The position numbers and the translations under genes are program-made. 64,000 bases of DNA, from contig CBDBHR010000030.1 in NCBI GenBank assembly GCA_965205865.1, positions 1,056,001 to 1,120,000 of the forward strand. The letters are read 5' to 3'. This document shows positions 52,328-63,832 of this stretch, piece by piece. Source of the DNA: a bacterium. Lineage in GTDB: Bacteria > SAR324 > NAC60-12. The notes beneath the pieces were generated by a model. It was not told the origin of the DNA, did no database searches, and was given only the letters and a program-made list of their open reading frames with translations. How positions within the stretch are numbered: the first letter of the stretch is position 1; the number at the start of each line of letters is the position of its first letter.

Positions 52328-53566
52328 TTACTCGAAGACTTCGAATCGGCCATTTTCGACAATCAAGATCTTCGGGGCGTAAACCGCGTCCCCGTTTTCG
52401 TCAAAAGAGAACTTGCCGAAAATTGTGTCGAAATCTCTGATATTCGACAGCGCGTCTCGAATGGCGATTGAATCGGTCGATTGGGCATTGGCTATCGCCT
52501 CCGCCAGGACATGGAGGGTGACATAGGACAGGGCGGCGTAGTTGTTCGGCTCCACGCCGTATTTCTCGCGATAATTGCGCACGAAGGCTTGATTTCCCGG
52601 CGTGTCGGCGGTGCTGAGCCAGACCGTGAAAGTAATCGCGCCTTCGATCGCGGCACCCGTAGCTTCCACGTCCACTCGGGTCAACGTGCGAACTCGCGAA
52701 AATTTCCCGGCGTGTCGGCGGTGCTGAGCCAGACCGTGAAAGTAAATCGCGGGGAACGTGCGAACAAAAAAGGGAACGGATATACCGTGTTGGCGCCCTT
52801 GAATGAGCATGCCCGGTTTGTCCGGAGGTAAAGCGGAGACAAAGACGGCGTCCGGATTCAGGGCTTTTATGCGAGTCAATTGCGCGGAAAAGTCGGTATC
52901 ACCACCCCGGAAGGTTTCCGTGGTCAGCACCTCGACGCCGTTTGCCACCAGCGCTTCTCTCAGCGCCTCGTCGCTATCCGTGGAAAAGTGATCGCTTTCA
53001 TCGTATATGGTGGCCACCCGTTGATAAGCGAGCTTCGCAAGAGTGGCTTCGATGCCGCTCGGAATGAGCACGTCCGTGGTGAGAGCGACGCGAAAAACGA
53101 AATCACCGATCGCGCTGAGGCCGCGGGCCGCAGAGGTCGGGCTGACAGCGACGATCTGATTTTCTTGCGCGATCGGAAAAGTTTCTCTGGTTTCACTCGA
53201 GGTCGCGGGACCGAGGATGACGGATACGCCTTCTTTATGGGTAAGTTTATCGAAGGCTTTCACGGCACCCTCTACCGTGCTCCGGTCATCCTCGGTGATG
53301 AACTCGATTTTTGCATCCCCGGACCATGAGTCGTTGATCTCCTGCCGAGCCAGTTCCAGACCATGTGTCATGGGCCTGCCGAAGGAGGAGGCGAGTCGCC
53401 CTGTCAAAGGCAGGACGACACCGACGGAAATCTCTCCACTCAGGCTTTCCATGCGGGGTTCGTGGGGTTGGAATATTTGCGAAATTCGCGCGCAGGCGGG
53501 AAGCAACGCGAGCAGTGCGACGATCGCCAATACAAAGATGATAGTTTTGATTCTTCTGATGTTCAA
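52328..53566 (-). CDS. Branched-chain amino-acid ABC transporter substrate-binding lipoprotein
   Basis: VGVVLPLTG, ILGPATS, DFSAQLTRIK and GKFSFDENGD. Confidence 0.88.
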   Translation of the reverse strand: MNIRRIKTIIFVLAIVALLALLPACARISQIFQPHEPRMESLSGEISVGVVLPLTGRLASSFGRPMTHGLELARQEINDSWSGDAKIEFITEDDRSTVEGAVKAFDKLTHKEGVSVILGPATSSETRETFPIAQENQIVAVSPTSAARGLSAIGDFVFRVALTTDVLIPSGIEATLAKLAYQRVATIYDESDHFSTDSDEALREALVANGVEVLTTETFRGGDTDFSAQLTRIKALNPDAVFVSALPPDKPGMLIQGRQHGISVPFFVRTFPAIYFHGLAQHRRHAGKFSRVRTLTRVDVEATGAAIEGAITFTVWLSTADTPGNQAFVRNYREKYGVEPNNYAALSYVTLHVLAEAIANAQSTDSIAIRDALSNIRDFDTIFGKFSFDENGDAVYAPKILIVENGRFEVFE

Positions 53567-53813
53567 GTTGAAACTCCTTGTTTTTGACCAGCAAATGAAT
53601 TTCTTTCGTCTTCGAAAGACTTTATATCAAAGCAATTTTATTATCAATCATTTTTTAAAAAATTAAAAATTTCATCATTTGCTGCGCTATTTCCAGTTGT
53701 TATCATCGTGTTGCCCGTTTTGCGCGTTGTAACCCTCGCCTCCCAGTGATCCTCAAAACAAACATCCCTCGTAAATTTTCCTTTACACCCATATTTTCAG
53801 ATGTTATTCTCCA

Positions 53814-54629
53814 GTGATATTTAATTCTCTGATGTTGCCGACACCTTCAAGGGAACGGATGTTGAAGTTCTGGATCGCCATTTCGTTGTTGTTATCGACT
53901 GCCTGTCAAACCAACAGCCGCAGCGGTGATGGAATGCCTGCCGATGGACAGCGCAGGCCAGTGGCGGTCCGCCACGTGGAGACCTTCGAGCGCCTGCAAG
54001 GGGAATATCGTGGCACGCGCAAGGGAGATTCTTTCGTCGTATGGTTCTATAATGCATCCACGGTCGAAGAGGGCCAACAGGCGGCTTTGCTGATTTTTCA
54101 CGAGCAGGACCGGTCGCGTTTGGAGAACTTCCTCAAAAAAATCATCGACAACCCGGCTGAATATTACCGCGAGGTTTGCGCAAAGGCGGATCATATCGAA
54201 GACGGTTATCACTTCCCGGACTTTTACAGGGTTTGGAATACGCAGGGAGGGCTGATTTTATTGCAAGACGGTTTGCATGGCAGTCGCTTACCTGCGGATT
54301 GGGAAGAGATAAAAGGTCGGGCTCATTCCAGTCACCTGTACAATGAGGAGTATATTTTTGTACGTCAACGGGAATACGCGATCAAGAAAATCCGTCGTTC
54401 CGCCAAAACCGGGGCATTGGAAAGCGTTCAATTGACCCGTACCGGCTTTATCCAGAATTTTTTCGATAATCCGGTGATCCGCTTGCAGCGAGTGGATGAC
54501 CCACCGTCGACGTTCAGGTTGCTGGGACCTTATCTGGACAGTAAATACAATGCCCAGCAGCAACTGGGGCGGGAGGGTTCTACCTTACCCACTGAGCTTC
54601 CGGAGGTTTGCAAAACGGGTTCACGTTAG
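53814..54629 (+). CDS. Hypothetical lipoprotein
   Basis: Signal peptide ending LSTAC; start probably at MLKFW. Confidence 0.6.
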   Translation: MIFNSLMLPTPSRERMLKFWIAISLLLSTACQTNSRSGDGMPADGQRRPVAVRHVETFERLQGEYRGTRKGDSFVVWFYNASTVEEGQQAALLIFHEQDRSRLENFLKKIIDNPAEYYREVCAKADHIEDGYHFPDFYRVWNTQGGLILLQDGLHGSRLPADWEEIKGRAHSSHLYNEEYIFVRQREYAIKKIRRSAKTGALESVQLTRTGFIQNFFDNPVIRLQRVDDPPSTFRLLGPYLDSKYNAQQQLGREGSTLPTELPEVCKTGSR

Positions 54630-54668
54630 AGTGAATGCCCACCCTGACGACCCTTGCAATCGGATGAA

Positions 54669-55316
54669 TCAACGGTTACGAAGCCGCGGGTCCAAAGCGT
54701 CACGAAGCCCGTCACCGATGAAGTTCACGCTGAGCACGGTGAGTGAAATGGCCAGTCCCGGCCACAGTACCCGGGAGGGAGATATGGTGAGAAAGTTGAT
54801 ACCGTTGTACAACAATCGCCTCCAGGTGGGGAAGTCCGAGGGGAAGCCGAGTCCCAGGAAACTGAGAGCCGATTCGGTAATGATGGCGCTTGCCATTCCG
54901 AGGGTTGCCGAGACGATGACCGGGCTCAAGACATTGGGAAAAACGTGGTGAGTGATGACCCGGTGGCGGGGATTGCCGATGCCGTGCGCGGCCAGGATGA
55001 AATCCTGTTCCTTGAGCGCCAGAACGTCTCCCCGGACAATACGCGCGGTTTGCATCCAACTGGTGATGCCGATGACGAACACCACCAAGAGGAAGATCCC
55101 CGTTTCCGGGCCGAATGCGTTACGCAGCGTCTCGCGAAAGAGCATGATGATGACCAACAACAAGGGCAGCAGGGGTAAGGCGAGAAACAAATCGGTGAAT
55201 CGTATCAAAGGTCCATCCAGCAACCGGAAGTAGCCTGCCAGCACGCCAATGAATGCGCCTAAAAACAAGGATAACAACATCGCGGTGAATCCTACCGCCA
55301 GGGAAATGCGCCCCCC
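54669..55316 (-). pseudogene. Peptide ABC permease (OppC/DppC), 5'-truncated
   Basis: GGRISLAVG...ESALSFLGLG...GDGLRDALDPR; the N-terminus is replaced by IS630 sequence. Confidence 0.85.
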
Positions 55317-55547
55317 TGTTTCCAACGGAATTGCCGCTGGTTCCAAGCGTTTTGGCAATCTCTTGATTCTTAAGGCCATCAGCAGCCAACAGAATGATGC
55401 GCGCACGAAGAGTGTCTCGCATCGCTCCGGTATGACGGCGTGCGGTTTTGCTCAATTCATCCCGTTCTTCCTGGGTCAGTTTTATACTTGGTGCTTTCCT
55501 CATGCTGTCTCCATATATGCAAAAAAAAAAGGACAGCTCGTAGTATA
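55317..55547 (-). mobile_element. IS630-family left-end remnant
   Basis: MRKAPSIKLTQEERDEL...RARIILLAADGLKNQEIAKTLG HTH; TATACTAC-type terminus near 55547. Confidence 0.75.
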
Positions 55548-55564
55548 GCAAACCAAGGAATTAT

Positions 55565-57069
55565 TTACACATTAATAAAAGGGCGACACACTAGCGGACG
55601 CGATGCCAGATTGCAGTAGCGCGGGACGTTGCCGCCTTGCCATTGATTGCCGGGATTGGGAATCTGGCTGCATATCCAAGCGCCCATGTAGGGCTCCGGG
55701 TCGATGTTAAGGAAGAGATTGGTGTACATCTGGATGTCGGCATGGAATTTCTGGCAGGTATCGGGGTTTGCCGGATCGCTGCCGAAGAAAACCGAGCCAC
55801 TGATGTTTTTCAGTTCCGTCTCCACGCCGATTTGTTGCCACATTTGCTTGATGAGCGCTTGCGTGTCCTGCCGCACGTTATTGGTCGAGGTCTGGTAGAG
55901 GATGGAGATTCGTACGCCGTCTTTTTCCCGCACGCCATCCGCACCACGCTTCCAGCCCGCCTCGTCCAAGAGCATGTTCGCCTTTTCGACGTCCTGCGTC
56001 TTGCACCAGTCATTTGCGGTGGAGACATAGATGGCAGGAGCCGGTACGACGTTGCAGGTGACCTGCCCGGTACGACCGTAACCCGTATCGACCAGGACCT
56101 GACGATCGATGGCAAGCGAAAGGGCTCGTCGCACGGCGGGGTCACTCAAAAAAGGATGCTTGCCACCTTCCAGGGTGGAACGCATATCACCCAGCTCCGC
56201 ATGCGGGTTGGAAAGATTCACCACCAACTGTTCGACAGCGGTGCCGAATCCGGCGACGATCTTGCCTTTGCTTTGCCTTCCGCTTCCATTTGGGCCATCA
56301 CTTCGGGTTCGATCTGCAGGTTCCAGGCGAAATCGAACTCCCCGGTCTCCTGCACCGAGCGGGCCACAGAAGCCGCGTCTCCTCCTCCTTTCAGCACCAC
56401 GGTGGCAAAATGAGGTTTGCCCGCTTCACGGTAATGCTCATTGGCGGCATAGACAGCGACGTCGTTGGCGCGAAATTCCGTCACTTTGAAAGGGCCGGTA
56501 CCGATGGGGCCGAAGTTTTGCTGCGTATACTCCTGGGCTTTCTCGTCACCCAGACAGTTTTGAAACTGCGCTTTTTGCAGGATGGGTTCACCCGAGCTGA
56601 CAAAGAGTTGGTAGGGAAAGGGCTTGGGGACCGAAAAATTCACTTTGACAGTGAGATCATCGAGCTTCTCTACGGATGAGACGTCGCGGTAACTGGCAGT
56701 GGCGCAACTCTCCATTTGCCTGCAGTATTCCGAGGTGAATACCACGTCATCCGCGCTGAAAGGCGTACCGTCGGACCAGACGATGCCCGCTTTCAACTTC
56801 CAGGTGATCGATTTCAAATCCCCGGCGGGCTCTGGAATCGCTTCTGCCAGCGCCGGAACCATGTTGCCGTTTTCATCAATATTGGCGAGGGGTTCCAGAA
56901 CCAGGGAGGAAGCTTCCGTATCTTTCGACCCGCCGGAAAGATAGGGGTTCAGAATGGAAGGCGCCTGCCAGTAGATGAGTTTGAGTTGACCGTCCGAGCC
57001 ACGTCCTGCGTGAGCGACGGTCGCAAACATCGCGATACCCGCCAGGATTGCGACAAAAGTCTTTTTCAT
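55565..57069 (-). pseudogene. Peptide ABC transporter substrate-binding protein, frameshifted and truncated
   Basis: YWQAPSILNPYLSGG, WSDGTPFSADDV and PIGTGPF; break near 56250 and C-terminus lost near 55600. Confidence 0.85.
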
Positions 57070-57410
57070 ATAATTCGTATACATTGTTTTCTCCTGTCAA
57101 GAGGTTATGGAAAACTAGGGCCGGCATACCCGGCCCCAGACAAGTTTTTCAAGAAAACAGCCTCGATTTCCGTGGAAGAGAAAAAGTTAACCATCGGCAT
57201 TTTTGTGTGAGACAGTGAGGGCTTGCTGAAAATTTTTTTGAACAGGTTTAGTCAGAGAATTTACAGTATCCTAAATTGAGCGATCCTAAAAAAGGATCAG
57301 ATTTTCAAGATGATTTTTTTGCCTGAGAAAGGCAATCATTCTGAAATCAGATTTTGATCATCAAATCCATGGATGTTTGAGTGAGAATGAGCATCAAAAT
57401 GCTGTTTTCA

Positions 57411-58290
57411 GATGAAGGGGCCAAAAAGCTTTTGGAGGAGGCGGGCTATCCCAATGGATTCAAGACCATCTTGTACCTCTGGGTTGGGACGGATTTAAAC
57501 TATCCCGAAATAGCTGCCGAATACTGGAAGGCTATTGGCGTTGATGCGGAGTTTAGAATCAATGACCGACCTACTATGATGACTCTGGTAACCGAACGGA
57601 CTTGGGAAGGTATGCAAGGTACGGTGGGTGGCTGGAATAGGGATGCTACTTGGTCAATACGCTGGCGGGGTCACTCGAGCTCCATGTGGAACCTCTCCGG
57701 GATCAAGGACCCTGAGTTGGACGCTCTCATTGAAGCGGCCGAAGCCGCGACCACCCTTGAGGAACAGATGAAGCACGCCAGGCAAGCCGATATGGTCCTG
57801 ATCGAACAGCAGGGGTATGTCTGGGGGCCTCACGCTGCCAAGTTCAACGTGGCCCAGCCGTGGGTCAAAGGGTATAACGGGGAAGTCCAGCTGGGCAGCA
57901 TGGATCGTCTGGTCATCTTCTCCCGCCTCTGGATTGACCAAACGCTGAAGAAAGAGATGGGGTTTTAGACTCCTCTTCTCAACGGACCCGCTCCCTCCCT
58001 CCCTCCGGTCCAGCGGGTGGGAGGGAAACAGTCATTCTTATCCCAATGTGCGCCTTTGCAGCTCCAATGTCGACGACCCGTTTTATACAGCCAAGTTTGA
58101 AGCCGCCGAAACCGCTGCCACTCTTGAGGAGCAGTACCGGTTAGTTCGGGAGTTGAATCAGTATGGGATTGAGAAGTTCTGGTCGATATACACTCCTGGC
58201 GCTCCACAGTATACCGCGGTCCAACCGTGGATCATCGGCTTTAACGGTGAAAGCTGGATGGGAAACGGTCAAATAATGTCCATCTTTACC
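57411..58290 (+). pseudogene. Two C-terminal fragments of peptide ABC substrate-binding proteins
   Basis: EGAKKLLEEAGYPNGF...QPWVKGYNGE...RLWID, then a second fragment DPFYTAKFEAA...QPWIIGFNGE. Confidence 0.75.
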
Positions 58291-59241
58291 CACCCTGTTT
58301 ATCTTGAGCATCCTGGTCTTCCTCTCGGTGCGCTTCATCCCCGGCGACGTCGTAGACGTCATAGAGGGCAGGATGGAATACTCCATTGCGGGTGTGGACC
58401 GTGAAGCCGTCGAGCGTAGGCTGGGACTGGACGTGCCCGTCTACGTGCAGTATGGACGGTGGCTCGGAGGGATTTTCCTGCAGGGGAGCCTCGGGGAATC
58501 ACTGATGGGTCAAGAGGTGGTGGAGGAGAGGATAATCGAGAGACTGCCGGTTACCATTGAGCTCGGTGTCCTGGCAATCGCCATCGGGATCCTCATCGCC
58601 CTTCAGGTGGGCGTCTACTCGGCGATTCGCCAGGATACGGCTGCCGATTACGTGGGGTGATCCGTTGCCATCATCGGCTTGTCCACGCCGAACTTCTGGC
58701 TGGGAATCATGGTCATGATCTACCCGGCATCTGGTGGGGGTGGTCGCCACCGCTGGAGCTGGTCTCTTTCGCGGAAGACCCGCTGGGGAATCTGGCGGTG
58801 TTTTTCATCCCCAGCCTGATTCTGGGGACCTACCTCTCGGCAACCACCATGCGTCTGACCCGCGCGATGATGCTGGAGGTCTTAAGGCAGGACTATATCC
58901 GCACCGCCTGGTCCAAGGGTCTGAAGGAGCGGGTGGTTATTGTCCGACACGCGATCAAGAATGCCCACATTCCGATAGTGACGCGTTCAGCTGGGCTTAT
59001 TGGCCGCGCTGCGGCCGCCCAGCCTCTCTGCGGCATGCAGTTGCCGATCGTGGTGGTGGGCGCCGTGATCATGGAGAACATCTTCAACCTGCCGGGGCTC
59101 GGGCGTCTCTTGCTGAGTGCCCTCAATGACCGAGACTACCCATGGTCTCCGGGGTCAACCTCTTTTTCGCCAGCGGGGTGGTGCTGCTCAATCTCCTCAT
59201 CGACCTGATTTATGCCTTCTTAGACCCCAGAGTGCGGTATG
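58286..59241 (+). pseudogene. Peptide ABC permease DppB/OppB, broken
   Basis: RFIPGDVV, LGLDVPVYVQY and RQDYIRTAWSKGL, with stops, frameshifts and an insertion near 58985-59035. Confidence 0.85.
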
Positions 59242-59251
59242 AATAGTCGTT

Positions 59252-60171
59252 ATGCTTCCGGTAAATATAGCTTTGAGATTCGTCTGTCAGAAGAAGTCCC
59301 TGGGGACGGCCTGCGGGATGATCGTCTTGCTCTTGATTCTGGTGGCGATCTTTGCCGATGTGCTGGCTCCCTATGGCTATACGGAAATGCACCTGAGAGA
59401 CCGGCTGCAGGGTGCATCAGCCCGGTATCTGCTCGGTACCGACCAGTTGGGGCGAAACTTCTTGAGCCGCCTGATCTACGGGGCTCGTCTTTCGTTAATT
59501 GTCGGTTTGGCCGCAACCACGCTCAATGTTCTCGTCGCGCTCCTGATCGGCCGCACGTCCGGATTCCTTGGGGGAAAGTGGACCTGGCGGTGCAGCGCTT
59601 TGTGGATGCCTGCATGGCTTTCCCGGGACTGCTGATCTTGTTAACTGTCATGTCCATCGTGGGCTAAGGTCTCCTCCAGATCATTGTGGTCCCGGGCGTA
59701 TCCGGAGGCATCGGTGGCTCCCGAGTCGTCCGCGGCGCCGTGATCGGTGTCAAAGAGAATGACTATTTTCTGGCAGCCCAGGCCGTGGGCACTCCGACCA
59801 GCCGAATCCTGATCCGCCATGTGCTGCCCAATATCATGGCGCCGATCATCATCATCTTCAGCATCAACATCGGAGGCGTCATCATTGCCGAGGCCTCGTT
59901 GAGCTTCCTCGGATTCGGACTGCCCATCAAGATTCCCAGTTGGGGAGGGATGCTCAGCCGGGAAGGGCTTCAGTACATGGAGATGGCCCCACGGCTGGCG
60001 CTCTGGCCTGGCCTCTGCCTGACGATTGTCGTTTACGCTCTCAACATGTTCGGGGACGCCATGCGGGATCTGCTCGATCCGAGGCTGCGAGGCGGTGAGG
60101 GCAGTTACGGCATTGCGGGGAAACCCAAACGAGGCCTCCTGGCCCGACTGCTCTCCCCTTTCGACCGGTAA
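59252..60171 (+). pseudogene. Peptide ABC permease DppC/OppC, broken
   Basis: LGTDQLGR and HVLPNIMAP...EASLSFLGFG...GDAMRDLLDPR; frameshift at ~59570 and TAA at 59665. Confidence 0.85.
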
Positions 60172-60211
60172 ATGCGCAATCTGAAATAATTTTTGTGAAT
60201 GGAGAATAACC

Positions 60212-60987
60212 TCAAGCAACGGCTTCGACCGCCCTCACCTCAGGGCCGACAAAGACAATCACATAGGCTTTCAGGTTGTCCAACCGTTGCAAAGCCTCAC
60301 TTTGTAAATAGCCCTGTAACTGAATCGTGGCTGCTTGGACGGTGGTTTCCAATTGAGCGCTTTCGCTTTTTTTGAGATACTTCAACTCAAAGGCAAACTG
60401 GTAGTTGGGGAAATAGGGAGGACGGTGAAGAAAGAGGACATCGACATACTTCTGTTCAGTCTCTTGTTCACTCCGGATGTAATAGAGATTGGCCAGACTG
60501 GCAAAGGCAACAAACAAGACTTTGACATATTTTTCGTCGAATTGGATAAAGTAAAGAATTCTTTAAGCGCATCAGACGGATTCTCATAACCTGTGTAATC
60601 TTGACTCATCCCATCATAGCGCTTTTCAAAATCTTTGACTCCTATCAGTACATTTTGCTGAAAACCGCTTTGGGTCGTTTCCGGAGTACTGGTCCCGATG
60701 CGGCTGAAATCGAATTTGAGGACATGATAACTATGAGCACGTGAAGTGGGGTGCGCTCCAATATAGTACTTCCCAAAAAGAGAATCAAACTGTTCCTGGT
60801 GCTCCAGGCCATAGTAATAGCGGAGCATGGAGACAAACAACGTCTTGCCAAAACGCCGGGGACGCAGAAAGAAAATGTAGGGCGCCGGTTCGTTTTCCAA
60901 TTGTTCAATATAGCGCGTCTTATCCACATAAAAATACCCATCTTCAATGAGACGGGCAAAGTTGCTGATGCCATAGGGAAGTTTCAT
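60212..60987 (-). pseudogene. AAA-ATPase-like + PD-(D/E)XK nuclease (PDDEXK_9 type) with large internal deletion
   Basis: LPYGISNF...YVDKT...RPRRFGKTL joined out of frame to YVDV...FELKY. Confidence 0.85.
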
Positions 60988-61528
60988 CCGATTTCTCCAA
61001 AAAGCGCCTGAATATCTCCCAGTTTATCACTGTTTGCCTTTTCTCACAATCATACCCCTGTGAAATGAGTAATGCTCAATTTGATTTTTTGACTGTTCCG
61101 GTAATTTGATTACAAATGGGTGATATTGTCCTCACACCGCTTTCTTTGCTTCCACTTCCATTCTCACCATGGCGACATGGACTTTCCCTTCAGCATCTAT
61201 TGGAATCCTTTCAATATATTTAGCAGAGATGGATTCAATAATCTGATTTTATCTTTTTTTCGTGCTGCTTGCCCTCCCTCCTCAGACCCTTGAGGTCCCC
61301 TCCAGGCACCGGAAATCCTGCCCAAAACAAGAGAGTGTCGCAGCGCCATTTAATGAAATCACGGTTCTGTCCTTATGGCGTCAAGGCAACTCGCATCAAA
61401 AACAATGACATTAAACAGGTTGAAAAGTTGATGAGTGCGATTTTTTTTGCGAATCCCACATTTATTTTACACCAGGGGCTTGACATTGCGTTGTTGTTTG
61501 CTACAACCATACCAATACTAAGTTGTTT

Positions 61529-63104
61529 GTAACTATTTAGGTTTCTTTAGAGCCCCCCTTCGATTTAAGCACGGAATTTGCATAGCATAAAATTCAGGAT
61601 TTAGGATTTTATGCTCTCGAAATTTCAAAAGTATATTAATTCCATTTCATCGACTTCCCTCCTTGAGGCTCTTCAAGAAGCCTGTCAACTCTTTGAAGAA
61701 GAACGGGACCAATGGAAGAAAGAGCGATTAAAACTCCTCGAACGTCTCGAAATAGAAAATAAGCGTATTGAAGCTCTCGAAACAGAAAATAAGCAACTTC
61801 TGGATCAGCTGGCTCTCAACAGCCAAAACTCAAGTAAACCTCCTTCCACCGATCAAAGTCGAAAGAACAAAAGCTTACGTAAAAGCAGGGGTCGCTCTCG
61901 CGGAGGTCAACCCGGTCATCAAGGCCATCATTTGGCTTTCAGTGAATCACCAGATCATGTGGAGCCTCATTTTGTCAACACCTGTGAAACCTGTGGAGAA
62001 GATTTATCCAAGGTGGCGGTTGAGGCCACGCATAAACGTCAGGTGTTCGATCTCCCCTCTCTGCAATTAGAGGTTACTGAACACCAGGTGGAACAAAAAA
62101 TTTGTCCCTGCTGCCGGCATCTGAATCACTCGAGCTTTCCAGCAGGGATAGAGGCGCCCACTCAATATGGTCCCCGGATCAAAGGCTTAGCGGTTTATCT
62201 CAATCAATATCAGTTTCTGCCCTTTGATCGATGCCAGCAATTCTTTGAGGATCTGTTCGGCCAGCCGCTCAATGCGGCCACGATTTATGCCAGCCTCCGG
62301 CAAGCCGCCCATAGGCTTTATCCCTTCCAACAACAAGTGGCTGAAGCTCTGATTCAAGCGGAGGTGGTTCATTTTGATGAAACCTCCCTCTTTGAAAACA
62401 AACAACGTCGCTGGCTTCATTCAGCCTCTACCGAAGAGCTGACCTTTTATTTTATCCACGACAAACGGGGTCAAGCCGGAATGGATGCTGCCGGTATCCT
62501 GCCTCAGTTTGAAAAGACAGCCATTCATGATCACTGGGAGAGCTACCAGCATTATGAGTGTGATCATGGCTTTTGCAATGCGCATCATTTACGTGAACTC
62601 ACTCGGGCCTATCAACAAGAAAAGGCCTTGTGGGCTCAGGAGATGAGCGACTTACTGGTAGAGATCAAAGAGCAAGTAGACCAAGCCAAGTTCAAAGAAC
62701 AATCTGCTTTGAGTCCAATCCAACTCGATCACTTCCGGCAACGCTATCGTGATATCACCCAAGAAGCCCTTAAGCTCTATCCTCCCCCTCCTCAAACAAA
62801 GAAACGAGGACGCCCCAAACAGAGCAAAGCCAAAAATTTACTCGATCGCTTGATCCTCTATGAAAAGGAAACCTTGTTATTCATGGATGACTTCCGGGTT
62901 CCTTTTGACAACAACCAAGCCGAGCGAGATGTGCGCATGGTTAAACTGAAACAAAAAATCTCCGGCGGCTTTCGAACGGCTGAAGGATCTCAGGCTTTTT
63001 GTATCATCCGGGGAGCCATTTCCACTACCAGAAAACAGGGGAAATCCATCCTCGAGTTGCTCACTCAGGCTTTGCATCCTTCACATGCTCCTCCTTGTTA
63101 CTGA
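61529..63104 (+). mobile_element. IS66-family element (single-ORF type), transposase 61611-63104
   Basis: NSQNSSKPPS, GGQPGHQG, Zn finger, DET, CNAHHLREL and DNNQAERDVR. Left end GTAACTATTTAG at 61529; right IR only weakly seen (GTTAC 63097-63101). Confidence 0.93.
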
Positions 63105-63137
63105 AACTCTCCTTTTTTTAAACGTTCCGCCCCCTGC

Positions 63138-63353
63138 GTGGCCAAAAGTATTCATAGCAAACATAGCATCGTCAATGCGATTTTGTATGTCGTGAAAACA
63201 AGTTGTCAGTGGAGCATGCTTGCCCATGATTTACCTCCCTGGCAAAGCGTTTACGATCATTATCGCCGTTGGAAAAAACGATGGATTGTGGAGCGAACAT
63301 TCGCTTTTTGGCTCATGCCGAAGATGGACCGCAATATATCTTTTTATAGCTGA
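63138..63353 (+). mobile_element. IS5-family transposase internal-deletion remnant
   Basis: IVNAILYVVKTSCQWSML.HDLPPWQSVY fused directly to RWIVERTF. Confidence 0.8.
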
Positions 63354-63666
63354 CCTCCATTGTTGCGCAATTCTCCTGATCCAAACTTGCTATAGGCTTT
63401 GCGCCGCGTAGTAGTGCTGAAATCATGCCTTGTTGTTTCAGGGAAGGAGAGGATTTCCGCTCGTTTGATTCAAAATTAGCTGTGGGAGGGTTCCCGCTTG
63501 ATCGATTGAACAATACCCCGGGAGGATGTGAAAACGATGGATCCTTCCCGGGAATCTTTTTTCAATGTTATTGAACTGAACGGCTTCTGACTGTCCCCGG
63601 ATTTGAGCAGATTTATTGATTTTTTATTTTTTTTTGCGAATCCCGCATTTATTTTATGTCAGGGGG

Positions 63667-63694
63667 TTGACATTGTGTTGTTTTGTGTTATAAT
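63667..63694 (+). promoter_or_regulatory. Consensus sigma70 promoter
   Basis: TTGACA-16nt-TATAAT with extended -10 TG. Homologous copies at 63936-63961 (14-nt spacer) and 61480-61507 (TACAAC). Confidence 0.75.
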
Positions 63695-63700
63695 CCTGCC

Positions 63701-63832
63701 ATCGCTGAGTTGCTTTGGTGAAAGAGGGTTCCCGATCGATTGAACAAAATCTTGGGAGGGTTCCCGCCCGTTCGATTCAAAATAGGTGCGGGAGGAAGTG
63801 AAGTGATGGATCCTCTTCGGGAATCTTTTTTT
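63701..63832 (+). ncRNA. Putative ~130-nt small RNA (one unit of the array)
   Basis: Lies between a consensus promoter and a hairpin + T7 tract, has no ORF and contains two stem-loops. Confidence 0.5.

Noticed and set aside
57218-57420. MITE or IS end starting GAGGGCTTGCTGAAAA
   Set aside because: Only a 7-bp match (CTGAAAA) to a possible opposite end, too weak to call.
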